A stretch of DNA of 62,501 nucleotides from Alphaproteobacteria bacterium (GTDB lineage: Bacteria; Pseudomonadota; Alphaproteobacteria; Rickettsiales; UBA8987), in assembly GCA_030429725.1 (NCBI GenBank), contig JAUIEX010000003.1, positions 1 through 62,501 on the forward strand, in the 5' to 3' direction. A program made the position numbers and the translations under genes. The notes beneath the pieces are model-generated. The model was not told the origin of the DNA, did not search any database, and was given only the letters and a program-made list of their open reading frames with translations. Below are positions 1 to 9,122 of this stretch, piece by piece; position 1 is the stretch's first letter, and every line of letters begins with the position of its first letter.

Positions 1-1
1 T

Positions 2-370
2 CTCACCGCGCCCATTTTACAGCTTCGGGAAATCACCCGGAAAGGCACAGTGGGCTATGGCGCAACACATGAAGTGACGACGGGGGATCGTATTGCCATC
101 CTCCCCGTTGGTTATGCAGACGGCTATCTTCGCAGCAATGGCGCTTCTGCCCAAACCTGGTTACATGGAAATTTTGCGCCTGTTATTGGCCGCATCTCCA
201 TGGATCTGATTGCCATTGACGTCACCCATATTCCGCAGGCACAGCTGGGCGATCCTGTTGAATTAATGGGGCAAAATATTACAGTGGACGATGTTGCACA
301 CACCGCAGGCACCATCGGCTATGAGGTTTTGACGCGGCTTGGCAGCCGCTTCACGCGCCGCTATCGCTAA
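2..370 (+). CDS. alr: Alanine racemase, C-terminal part (5' end outside window)
   Basis: Frame open from nt 2: LTAPILQLREITRKGTVGYG...GYADGY...IGRISMDLI...GTIGYEVLT, typical Alr C-terminal motifs. Confidence 0.93.
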   Translation, partial: LTAPILQLREITRKGTVGYGATHEVTTGDRIAILPVGYADGYLRSNGASAQTWLHGNFAPVIGRISMDLIAIDVTHIPQAQLGDPVELMGQNITVDDVAHTAGTIGYEVLTRLGSRFTRRYR

Positions 371-1578
371 TCATGCACCAGCTCTATCTGCACCACATCC
401 GTGCGCCCGGTGGCAAAGCCGGCAATTGAATAGGCCAGAAAGAATCGCCAATGGCGGATAAAATCCTCCCCATGCCCCATGGCCATGATCTCTTCTTTCT
501 TTTCATCAAAGCGCTTAAGCCATTTATGCAATGTGATGGCATAATCTTTCCCGAAAGCATAAATCTCCCGCGTGGCAAGGCCGGCATTGGCCGCCTCTTT
601 CTTAAACCGCGCCAGTGAACATAACATCCCGCCCGGAAAGCTATATTGCCGGATGAAATCATTGCGCCGACGGTAAGCCTCAAACTCCGCATCACCAATC
701 ACAATCGTCTGCACCAGCGCCCTTCCGCCATGTTTTAACTTATGCTTCACCGTCCGAAAAAAAGATGGCCAGGATTGCTCTCCCAGCGCTTCAAACATCT
801 CGATGGAAACCACCGCGTCAAACACCCCTTTTACATCACGGTAATCCTGCAAGCGAATCTCAACCTGATCATCGAGTTTTTGTGCCGCCAGACGCTGCGT
901 TGCAAACACATGCTCCGCAGGAGAGATCGTCACGGCCTTCACCCGGTGATGTGCCTTGGCAGCGGCCTCCGAAAATGCCCCCCACCCGCAGCCAATCTCA
1001 AGAATTTCGGCCTGTTTTTCATCCAGCTTGTTCAAAATACGCTGATATTTTGCCTCCTGACCGCGGCGCAACGGCATGCCGTCATTGCCTTCAAAGATGG
1101 CCGCGGAATAGGTCATCGTTTCATCCAGCCACAGCTGATAAAATGCGTTGCTTGCATCGTAATGCGCCTCAATATTTTTCCGCACCGGTTTCTTGTCGTT
1201 GCGCTTGAAAAATTGCCGCAATGCCACCATCCAGCCATGATACCAATGCCCATGAAAAAACTGCTCCATATATTTCATATTCATTGTCAGCAAGGTTAGC
1301 AGCGCCGGCAAATCATCCGTCTCCCATAGCCCATCAATATAATCCTCACCAAAGCCGATATCGCCGCGCTTTAGCGCATGACGCACCACTTCCCAGTCAT
1401 GAATATGGATATCCGCCTGCGCGCCACCCTCCTTTCCCCGAAAGGTAAACAGAACCCCGCGCGGCGTCGTAAGGCGCAATGTGCCATAGTGAATATTCTT
1501 CAATGCGCGCAAAAGCAGCCGCGCCAGTAATGGCCGCCGCTTACGCTGCGAAAAGCTTCCTTCTTTTTTACGACTCAT
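367..1578 (-). CDS. cfa: Cyclopropane-fatty-acyl-phospholipid synthase family SAM methyltransferase
   Basis: NIEAHYD, LWLDETMTYS, LEIGCGWG, QDYRD, SIEMFEA, FPGG motifs; likely start MSRKK at 1578. Confidence 0.88.
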   Translation of the reverse strand: MSRKKEGSFSQRKRRPLLARLLLRALKNIHYGTLRLTTPRGVLFTFRGKEGGAQADIHIHDWEVVRHALKRGDIGFGEDYIDGLWETDDLPALLTLLTMNMKYMEQFFHGHWYHGWMVALRQFFKRNDKKPVRKNIEAHYDASNAFYQLWLDETMTYSAAIFEGNDGMPLRRGQEAKYQRILNKLDEKQAEILEIGCGWGAFSEAAAKAHHRVKAVTISPAEHVFATQRLAAQKLDDQVEIRLQDYRDVKGVFDAVVSIEMFEALGEQSWPSFFRTVKHKLKHGGRALVQTIVIGDAEFEAYRRRNDFIRQYSFPGGMLCSLARFKKEAANAGLATREIYAFGKDYAITLHKWLKRFDEKKEEIMAMGHGEDFIRHWRFFLAYSIAGFATGRTDVVQIELVHD

Positions 1579-1605
1579 AGCAGAATGCGCTCCCAATGCC
1601 GCATC

Positions 1606-3198
1606 TTAGCGCTCCGCTTTTCGTTGGTAAAGGCGCGATCGAGCAGTATTGTCGCATGCCTGCTGCTCTGATACCCCCTGATAATAATAATAATGCTGAT
1701 GGATCAACTGCTCCAGCTCCGGGCTAAACCCTGTAACATTCGCAATCACCCCCTCCCGCAGCTGGGCATCGCTCTGCTCAAGAATAAGATATTTCGGAAG
1801 CTTTTTTGCCAGATCTTTGCTGATGGCGGCATAGCTTCGACGCCTGAAATCCTCCATCGGATTCCCGGGCGCGGCCGGAAGCTGCGCCATCTGACTCACG
1901 TGCCAATCTGAATGGATGATATCATCCATTTTCAGCCCGTGATAATGCGCATAAGGGAATAATGCCAACAGGCAGCTACCAAAATTATAGAAAGCCTCTC
2001 CATGCAGCTGGCGCGTCATCACCTGCATATTTTCCATGGTCTTTTCCTCACGGTGATAAATCGCGCTTATGGAAGTCAGCGGGATCACAAATATTGCAAA
2101 TAGCACAAGGCCGGTTTGGAAAAAATCTTTGCTTTCACACTCCCAACGCTGTTGCCTGCCGGATGAAGAGAACAACATCGTGGCACAGGCCAGCATCAGC
2201 CACATCGTATAAGGGTGCCAATGATAAATAAAGAGCCGCTGTTGGTACAACACCGCCAATAACGCGGCCGCCCCGGCTAAAAGACAAACTAAGCTTAGCT
2301 TTTTAGGGCGAAGTATTATCATGAAAAGCAACAGCAACCCACTATGATTTAGGAAGAATATGAGAAAATCCATGATGAACCTCTCTCGGGTTGCAAAGCC
2401 CTGATAGAGCCTCAGCACCTGCCAGTAATCCTCCCAGCGGATGACGTTAATCAACACAATACTCAGAGCCGATCCCACCGCCAGCGCCACCCAAAGCTCC
2501 ACACGGCGGAAATAGTCACGCCGTAATTGCCAATATAAAAAAAGTTCAAAAACCATCATAGAGGGGAAATAAACCGGCTTCACAGCCGCAGCGGCCGCCG
2601 CCAGCGCTCCTGCACACCCCAATAGCGCTACGGGATAGGCCGGCCGCACCGCCGAATGCAACAGCTGCAACCTGCATATCCCAAGCAGCAGGTAAGGCAG
2701 CATCAACCACACATGCACCACCTCTTTCTGCAAATAATTATTGCCGCTGGTTAAAGGCAGCCACCAATATAGCATCGTGACCATCAACAACATGCCACGG
2801 CGGTCTTCTCTTTCTTCCCAGCCCTTTTTCACCACCATCACGGCAACCAGATATGCCATCGTCAGCACCAGCACGCCCCACGCTTTTGTGGCCGCAGGCT
2901 GGGCGATATTCAACAGATCCGCCAGCACAACACCCGGCACGTTCAGCCACCAGATCAATGGCAGGTTGGCATCATAAAGCATTGGGTTCAATTCACCCGT
3001 TCTCAGAATACGCTGCGCCTGCATCACATGCACACTGGTATCCGGGTTCAGCAGCATCAGCCCATGCAGAAAAACGCCAAGAATCATCATCCCGCCGATC
3101 ACCGGCCAAAAAGCCAGGCTCAACAAGGCACGATCCACTATCGGGAGGAATGTCTTGCTGATTTTATTTCTCCCTTCCATGCCCCATCTATACCGCAA
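1606..3198 (-). CDS. Polytopic membrane protein, possibly GT-C-fold glycosyltransferase-like
   Basis: 530 aa, many hydrophobic helices, N-terminal D..H...(YD.NLPL) loop and soluble C-terminal tail; family call tentative. Confidence 0.5.
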   Translation of the reverse strand: MRYRWGMEGRNKISKTFLPIVDRALLSLAFWPVIGGMMILGVFLHGLMLLNPDTSVHVMQAQRILRTGELNPMLYDANLPLIWWLNVPGVVLADLLNIAQPAATKAWGVLVLTMAYLVAVMVVKKGWEEREDRRGMLLMVTMLYWWLPLTSGNNYLQKEVVHVWLMLPYLLLGICRLQLLHSAVRPAYPVALLGCAGALAAAAAAVKPVYFPSMMVFELFLYWQLRRDYFRRVELWVALAVGSALSIVLINVIRWEDYWQVLRLYQGFATRERFIMDFLIFFLNHSGLLLLFMIILRPKKLSLVCLLAGAAALLAVLYQQRLFIYHWHPYTMWLMLACATMLFSSSGRQQRWECESKDFFQTGLVLFAIFVIPLTSISAIYHREEKTMENMQVMTRQLHGEAFYNFGSCLLALFPYAHYHGLKMDDIIHSDWHVSQMAQLPAAPGNPMEDFRRRSYAAISKDLAKKLPKYLILEQSDAQLREGVIANVTGFSPELEQLIHQHYYYYQGVSEQQACDNTARSRLYQRKAER

Positions 3199-3278
3199 GT
3201 TGCCGCCCGTTACCTAACCTTTCTGACAATCTATTTTGGAATGGCCGCGGCGGCGGTGCAATGTCACTTTCCGCGCAC

Positions 3279-3298
3279 AAAAAAGCGCCCGAAGGCGC
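3279..3298 (-). terminator. Rho-independent terminator downstream of yccA
   Basis: Stem GCGCC/GGCGC with 4-nt loop followed by U6 on the minus strand. Confidence 0.6.
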
Positions 3299-3326
3299 CC
3301 TTTCGTTTCCGATGTGGAATGTTGAC

Positions 3327-4043
3327 CTAGCGGCGGTCACCCACAAAGCGCAGCAGCATCAGCATCAGATTGATGAAGGTGATGTAGAGCGTGTACGCCC
3401 CGATGATGGAAGCTTTGCCCAGCTGGTCACGCCCCACCAGATAGTACATTTCCTTGATCTGCTGGGTGCTATAGGCAGTGATTCCGGTAAAAATCAGAAC
3501 ACCCACGGCGGAAAGCAGCAGGTCAAATTGCGTGCTGCCCAAAAACATATTGATGATAAACCCGATAAACAGCCCCCAGAAACCCATCATCAGGAAGCTG
3601 CCGAAGCCGGTCAGGTCTTTCTTCGTGGTGTAACCCCACAGGCTCATCCCGCCAAACATGGCGGCGGTAATGAAGAACGTGCGGGCAATGCTTGCCCCGG
3701 TATAAACCAGAAAAATGGTGGAAAGCGAAATGCCCATCACCCCGGCAAAGCTCCAGAATAATGTCTGCGCCGTACTTTCCTTAAGTGTATGCATCCGAAA
3801 CGCCATGAAAAAGGAAAAGGCCAGCGGCGCAAACATAAACAGATAGGCCTGAGGCCCGCCGAAGAAAAGCTGTTGCAACGCCGGTGTTGTTGAAATCAGA
3901 TAGGCCACGCCGCCGGTCAAAGCCAGCCCGCCGGCCATATAGTTATAGACGCGCTGCATATAGCTGCGCAGCCCAACATCCACATTGGACTCCACCGCAC
4001 TGGCGGCGCTTAAAGGTCGTTTGGTATAATCTTGCATTATCAT
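3327..4043 (-). CDS. yccA: Bax inhibitor-1/YccA family membrane protein
   Basis: GLRSYMQRVYNYM, SIARTFF, YGYT/KDL-like WGYTTKKDL, ALTLY-like YTLYITFINL motifs; about 7 TM helices. Confidence 0.92.
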   Translation of the reverse strand: MIMQDYTKRPLSAASAVESNVDVGLRSYMQRVYNYMAGGLALTGGVAYLISTTPALQQLFFGGPQAYLFMFAPLAFSFFMAFRMHTLKESTAQTLFWSFAGVMGISLSTIFLVYTGASIARTFFITAAMFGGMSLWGYTTKKDLTGFGSFLMMGFWGLFIGFIINMFLGSTQFDLLLSAVGVLIFTGITAYSTQQIKEMYYLVGRDQLGKASIIGAYTLYITFINLMLMLLRFVGDRR

Positions 4044-4070
4044 CCTCGCATAAGAATTTAGTTGTCACTT

Positions 4071-4101
4071 ATTATATGGTATAAGCACTTTAATTTTCAA
4101 G
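4071..4101 (-). promoter_or_regulatory. Promoter of yccA (RpoH-like and/or sigma70)
   Basis: Minus strand CTTGAA-N16-CCATAT, overlapping TTGAAA-N18-TATAAT. Confidence 0.5.
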
Positions 4102-4122
4102 ATAAACCCGTATAAGAAAAAC

Positions 4123-5055
4123 ATGAATATGCCTGCAAACATTCCTGCAACACTGCTTCCCTCCGGCTTTCAGGATGTGCTTTCCCCCTTTGCCGCTCAG
4201 GAATCGGAATATAGCGCATCACTGCTTAAATTATTTAAAAAACAGGGGTTTGAGCAGGTCAAGCCTCCTTTGTTAGAGCCAAGAAGCACCTTCCATGGCC
4301 AGCCCTGTTTTGAGGTGACGGATCCGCAAACCGGCGAAAGCCTGGCCATCCGCCCGGATATTACTCCGCAGGTGGCACGGCTGGCGGCGTTGCGACTGAA
4401 GGAGCGCGCGCGCCCGCTGAAGCTGTGTTATGGCGGGCAGGTGGTGCGCCCTTCCGGCATTGGGCTGGCCAGATTACGCCAGCTGGCGCAGGCCGGTTGC
4501 GAGCAGGTGGGCGACGTGACACCGCAAACCATCACCCGGATGATGCAGCTGGCGCTGGAAGGTTTGCAGCAATGCGGCGTGGAGAATATTACTCTTGATT
4601 GTGCCTTACCCGGGCTGGCGGCGTTGATCGTGGCGCAGGATCATGATTTGTCTTCCGCATGGGAAGCCATTCAGCAGGCCATTGCCCAGCGGGACGTGAC
4701 CGCGCTTTGTGCCCATGGTGTCACCGGGGAAAAGCTGGCCGGGATGATTCAATCCGCCGGGGCGGTGGAGCGTGCGGCGCATTCACTGGAAGGGATTACG
4801 CTGCCCGCCGCCATGCAGCACGGCTTGCAGGCCATCATGCTGCTGGCTGAAAATCTGCCCGCCAAGGTGAGCGTGACACTCGACCCGCTGGATAATCAAA
4901 GCTCCGCCTATCATGAAGGGTTTCGCTTTACCTGCTATAGCAAACATCACCGCGACGCGCTGGGGCATGGCGGCACATATGCCCTGCCGCAAACCGGGGA
5001 GCCGGCCTGCGGCTTCTCCCTCTCCATCACCAGCATTCTGCAAAAGCGGGTGTAG
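4123..5055 (+). CDS. hisZ: ATP phosphoribosyltransferase regulatory subunit
   Basis: LLPSGFQD, PPLLE, IRPDITPQVAR, LCYGGQV, QAGCE, YHEGFRF, GGTY, ACGFS motifs. Confidence 0.88.
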   Translation: MNMPANIPATLLPSGFQDVLSPFAAQESEYSASLLKLFKKQGFEQVKPPLLEPRSTFHGQPCFEVTDPQTGESLAIRPDITPQVARLAALRLKERARPLKLCYGGQVVRPSGIGLARLRQLAQAGCEQVGDVTPQTITRMMQLALEGLQQCGVENITLDCALPGLAALIVAQDHDLSSAWEAIQQAIAQRDVTALCAHGVTGEKLAGMIQSAGAVERAAHSLEGITLPAAMQHGLQAIMLLAENLPAKVSVTLDPLDNQSSAYHEGFRFTCYSKHHRDALGHGGTYALPQTGEPACGFSLSITSILQKRV

Positions 5056-5056
5056 C

Positions 5057-6217
5057 TCACGGGGTGTGTGACGGGGAATTATCGGGCATCAAATTCTGTT
5101 GCCTCATCGCTTCATTCACCACTTGCTTCATCACCAGCTTGGGCGGCACATGCACCATGCTATGTTCCTTGCTTTGCGGCTGGTAAATGACGATGGTGGG
5201 GTTGGCGTTTCCCATGCCCGCTTCCCGTTGGGCTTCCGCCAGCTGCGCTTGCTCGGCAATGGCGCGGAACAATGTTTTGGTCAGCTCCGGGTTGCCTTGT
5301 AAGTTCTCAGAAAGACTTCGGGAAGGGTCATAAGGAATGAAATCCTGCGCCTCTTCGGCGGCGTTATAGGCCAGAATGGCCCTGGCCTGTTCCAGCTTCG
5401 TGTTGACCACAATTTCCGGATAGAAAGGGAATTCTTCTAATATTTGAGGGTTTTCTTTCAGCGCCGCAATCAGCTTTTTATAGGCTGCCATGGCACGTTC
5501 CTGCACTTCAGGGTCAAGCGGATCCACCGTGGCGTAAGGCTTGCCTTCCTCAAAATTTACCTGCTCTGAAACCAGATGATGCAGCGGGTGATCCGGCCGT
5601 GCACGTAACATGGCGACCACGCCAGCAAGTTTTTTTGCTTCATCTGGGTGATCCTTAAAATAGCTTTGTCCCATGGCAGCAATCGCTTCTGCTGTCTCTT
5701 CATAACTCTCCAATAATTTTATGCTAGCTTCCCACTGCGCCTTATTGGGCACGCCGTCTTCTTTTTGATAGTAAGTGCTCCATGCATCATAGGGCAGAGA
5801 AAGTATGGGAGTTGCCCCTTCAAATAAAATTCCCGTTTGACTGGCATAAGGATAAACCGGCAAAGCCAGTCCTTCTACAACGGTTGAGCTGGCAATGCCA
5901 ACTAACCCATGTTCCTTATCACCAGTTTGTGCACGCGTTCTAAACGCATCCTTAGCCTGAGAGTTTTCAGGATCATCAAAATAACCCTTATCGGTATAGG
6001 TTGCCTCTTCCTTCCCGGCCATGACACCAAGGAAACTGGCAATCTCCCCTTTTCGGGCCTGGATTGCAGCTGCCTCCGGGCTGTTGCCGGCGCCGGCAAA
6101 ACTCTCCCACATATGCAGAAAGAGCGGCTTTTCTTCCGCGTTGGCATAGCCGGCCTGAATGCTTGCAAAGGTAGCATTAAATGCCGCTAATTGATCCTCA
6201 CCATATAAATCTGTCAT
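5057..6217 (-). CDS. Orphan hypothetical protein, 386 aa
   Basis: Long AT-richer ORF with no recognised family; preceded by the shared CtrA-type promoter. Confidence 0.75.
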   Translation of the reverse strand: MTDLYGEDQLAAFNATFASIQAGYANAEEKPLFLHMWESFAGAGNSPEAAAIQARKGEIASFLGVMAGKEEATYTDKGYFDDPENSQAKDAFRTRAQTGDKEHGLVGIASSTVVEGLALPVYPYASQTGILFEGATPILSLPYDAWSTYYQKEDGVPNKAQWEASIKLLESYEETAEAIAAMGQSYFKDHPDEAKKLAGVVAMLRARPDHPLHHLVSEQVNFEEGKPYATVDPLDPEVQERAMAAYKKLIAALKENPQILEEFPFYPEIVVNTKLEQARAILAYNAAEEAQDFIPYDPSRSLSENLQGNPELTKTLFRAIAEQAQLAEAQREAGMGNANPTIVIYQPQSKEHSMVHVPPKLVMKQVVNEAMRQQNLMPDNSPSHTP

Positions 6218-6247
6218 CTTTCTACCGCCTGCTTTTATTTTCTCACT

Positions 6248-6279
6248 AGCCTATCAGGCATAGGTTAATAAAACTCTAA
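6248..6279 (-). promoter_or_regulatory. CtrA-type box plus -10 element
   Basis: TTAG-agtttta-TTAA-N11-TAGGCT on the minus strand; overlaps the Trm112 gene stop codon. Confidence 0.65.
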
Positions 6280-6479
6280 TCCTCCAGCGCTCTGGCTTCA
6301 CTTTCCAACATAATGGGAATCCCTTCCCGAATTGGAAAGGCCAGCTTGGCTTTCTCGCTGATCAGTTCCTGCGTTTTTTTGTCGTAGCGCAGCGTGCCAC
6401 GGCTGACCGGGCAGACCAGCATATTTAGCAGCGCCCTTGAAAGCTCCGGCGCGGTATCATTTTGCTTTTTTGTCATCAC
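6276..6479 (-). CDS. Trm112/YcaR family protein
   Basis: [14 protein letters not shown]...[18 protein letters not shown]. Confidence 0.92.
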   Translation of the reverse strand: MMTKKQNDTAPELSRALLNMLVCPVSRGTLRYDKKTQELISEKAKLAFPIREGIPIMLESEARALED

Positions 6480-6625
6480 TCTGTCCTTTCTAAAGCATTT
6501 TTAAAATTCGCTAGTACTAAGCGAAAACAGGCATCTTTGAGAACCGCACCGGAAAATACATATAAGTACTTGAGGAGCGGAAGCGCAGAAGATGCCTGTT
6601 TGCAGTCAGCGATCGTAGAATTTTA

Positions 6626-6826
6626 TCACCCACCGCCGATGAAATGCACAATTTCCACCTCATCCCCGGCGGCCAGCTGCGTGGTGGCATAGGCGATGCG
6701 CGGCACAATCTCAAAATTCCGCTCAATAGCAATTTTCCGCTCATCCAGCGCCAGCTTCTGTACCAAAGCGGCGACAGAAACCGCCCCTTCCAACGGGTAG
6801 TCCTCACCATTTAACTTAATCTGCAT
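6626..6826 (-). CDS. thiS: Sulfur carrier protein ThiS
   Basis: 66 aa, [13 protein letters not shown]-terminal [10 protein letters not shown]. Confidence 0.95.
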   Translation of the reverse strand: MQIKLNGEDYPLEGAVSVAALVQKLALDERKIAIERNFEIVPRIAYATTQLAAGDEVEIVHFIGGG

Positions 6827-6859
6827 GACATCTCCTTGCGATCATCTATACTCTCTCTC

Positions 6860-7282
6860 ATGAAGATTCTAATCCTCAATGGCCCAAATCTCAACCTGCT
6901 TGGCACGCGGGAGCCGGAAATTTATGGTCACACCACGCTGGCGGATATTGAAGCGCGCTGCATGGCGCTGGGCGCGGAGCTGGGCGCGGAAATCACCTGC
7001 AGGCAAAGCAATGCGGAACATGCGCTGGTGGAGGAAATTCAGCAGGCGCGCGGTGCTTTTGATGCGATTATCATTAATGCGGCGGCCTATACCCACACTT
7101 CCGTGGCGATTCATGATGCGCTTAAAGCCAGTGGCTTACGGATTATGGAAGTCCATCTTTCCAACATCCATGCGCGGGAGGCCTTCCGCCACCATTCCCA
7201 CATTTCCCCCATCGCCGAAGGGGTAATTTGCGGGCTGGGCGTGATGGGGTATGAGGCCGCGATTCGCGCCCTGACAGCATAA
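6860..7282 (+). CDS. aroQ: Type II 3-dehydroquinate dehydratase
   Basis: [46 protein letters not shown]; start MKILIL at 6860. Confidence 0.96.
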   Translation: MKILILNGPNLNLLGTREPEIYGHTTLADIEARCMALGAELGAEITCRQSNAEHALVEEIQQARGAFDAIIINAAAYTHTSVAIHDALKASGLRIMEVHLSNIHAREAFRHHSHISPIAEGVICGLGVMGYEAAIRALTA

Positions 7283-7342
7283 ACACCGCCTTTCTTCCGG
7301 CGCTTTCCGGAAACTTCCCTTCCTCTTTGACGGCAGTGCTGT

Positions 7343-9064
7343 ATGCTGCGCCTCATGCGCATTCAGATTGAACAGATCAGCCCGGAAGTGGGCGCGATTG
7401 ATAAAAACCTTGCGCTGCTGCGTGGCTATCTGACGGCGGATGCGGATATTATTTTATTTCCGGAGCTGTGCATCAGCGGCTATCCGCCGGAGGATCTGGT
7501 GTTGCTGCCGGCTTTTCAGGAAGCCTGCCGTGATGCCGTGTTATCACTTGCCGCGGAAACCAAACAAGGCGGCGCGGCACTGATGGTGGGTGCGCCATGG
7601 GCGGAAGACGGCAAGATTTATAACGCCACCTTCCTGCTGGCCGATGGCGGCATTGCCCACCGGCAATATAAGCATGCTTTGCCGAATTACGGCGTGTTTG
7701 ATGAGGCGCGTCTGTTCAGCGCCGGCGCCCTCCCAAAACCATTCCAATTCCGAAATGAAACCTTTGGGCTGTTGATTTGTGAAGATTTATGGGATCAAAC
7801 CGTGCCGGTTTCACTTGCGGGTTCGTCACTTGTTTTTTCCATCAATGCTTCGCCTTATGAGGTGAATAAAACGGCGCTGCGCCGTCAGCGCGCCCGCCAT
7901 GCGGCGGCACAAACCGGCGCCCCGCTGATTTACGTGAACCAGCTTTGCGGGCAGGATGATCTGGTGTTTGACGGTGGCTCCTTCGTGCTGAATGCGGCGG
8001 GAGAGGAAATTCTGACCCTGCCGCATTTTGAAGTGGGGAGTGCGGTGTTGGCATTTTCTAATAGTTCCCTGAATGTTGTTCCTGAACATCCCATGGAACG
8101 GGGCTCAGGGCTGCGCTCGCCTGCTGGCGCGCAGGATAGGAATGATTCCGCCCCCCCACCTGAAACTGCAATTGCAGTTTCAGACTCCCTCACAAATGGG
8201 GAGTTATCTTACATCTATCAGGCGATGATGCTGGCGCTTTCCGCCTATGTGGAGAAGAATCATTTTCCCGGCGTGTTGATTGGCCTCTCCGGCGGGATTG
8301 ATTCCGCCCTTTCCGCTGCCATTGCCGTGGACGCGCTTGGGGCGGAACGTGTGCAGACGGTGATGCTGCCTTCGGAATTTACGTCACAGGAAAGTCTGGA
8401 AGATGCCGCCAGGTGCGCCGAAATGCTGGGCTGCCTCTATGATATCATACCTATTGATAGCGCACGCGCCGCTGTCACACAGGAACTTTTGCCTTTTTTT
8501 GAGGGCACAAAGCCCGGGCTGGCGGAAGAAAATATCCAGTCCCGCCTGCGCGGCTTGCTGCTGATGGCGCTATCCAACAAATATGGTAAAATGGTGCTTT
8601 CCACGGGCAATAAGTCCGAGATGGCAGTGGGTTACGCCACCTTATACGGCGATATGTGCGGCGGTTATAACGTTCTGAAAGATGTCTATAAATCCACTGT
8701 TTTTGAACTGGCGCGCTGGCGCAACGCGCATATTCCGCCGGCAGCGAAAGGTGGAAACGCCATGGCGATGCCGGAGCGGGTGATCACCAAGCCGCCTTCG
8801 GCGGAATTGCGCCATGACCAGAAAGATGAGGATTCCCTGCCGCCTTATCCGGTGCTGGATGAAATTCTGCGTCACTTCATCGAAGGGCAAATGCGCCCGC
8901 GTGACATCATTGCCAAAGGCTTTGATGAGGCTGCCGTCCGCCATATTGTGCAGCTGGTTCACCGCGCGGAATATAAGCGCCGGCAATCCCCGCCGGGGGT
9001 CAAAATCGGCACGCGCCCCTTCAGCCGCGACCGCCGCTTTCCCATCACGAACGGGTTTTTCTGA
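7343..9064 (+). CDS. nadE: Glutamine-dependent NAD+ synthetase carrying an in-frame palindromic insert
   Basis: Nitrilase domain (FPELCISGYPPEDL, LICEDLW) plus synthetase domain (GLSGGIDS, ENIQSRLRG, TGNKSE, PPSAEL). Confidence 0.95.
   Translation: MLRLMRIQIEQISPEVGAIDKNLALLRGYLTADADIILFPELCISGYPPEDLVLLPAFQEACRDAVLSLAAETKQGGAALMVGAPWAEDGKIYNATFLLADGGIAHRQYKHALPNYGVFDEARLFSAGALPKPFQFRNETFGLLICEDLWDQTVPVSLAGSSLVFSINASPYEVNKTALRRQRARHAAAQTGAPLIYVNQLCGQDDLVFDGGSFVLNAAGEEILTLPHFEVGSAVLAFSNSSLNVVPEHPMERGSGLRSPAGAQDRNDSAPPPETAIAVSDSLTNGELSYIYQAMMLALSAYVEKNHFPGVLIGLSGGIDSALSAAIAVDALGAERVQTVMLPSEFTSQESLEDAARCAEMLGCLYDIIPIDSARAAVTQELLPFFEGTKPGLAEENIQSRLRGLLLMALSNKYGKMVLSTGNKSEMAVGYATLYGDMCGGYNVLKDVYKSTVFELARWRNAHIPPAAKGGNAMAMPERVITKPPSAELRHDQKDEDSLPPYPVLDEILRHFIEGQMRPRDIIAKGFDEAAVRHIVQLVHRAEYKRRQSPPGVKIGTRPFSRDRRFPITNGFF
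8064..8208 (+). repeat. Palindromic element family A, in-frame inside nadE
   Basis: Aligns along its length with the reverse complement of ubiD 57833-57986; hairpins CTGAAACTGCA/TGCAGTTTCAG and ACTCCC/GGGAGT. Confidence 0.85.
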
Positions 9065-9084
9065 GCAACATCATTCTGTTAAAG

Positions 9085-9116
9085 GTAACGTATTGTTAAG
9101 TTCTCTGTGATAGGCT
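9085..9116 (+). promoter_or_regulatory. CtrA-type box plus -10 element
   Basis: GTAA-cgtattg-TTAA-N11-TAGGCT. Confidence 0.65.
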
Positions 9117-9122
9117 TAGGCC

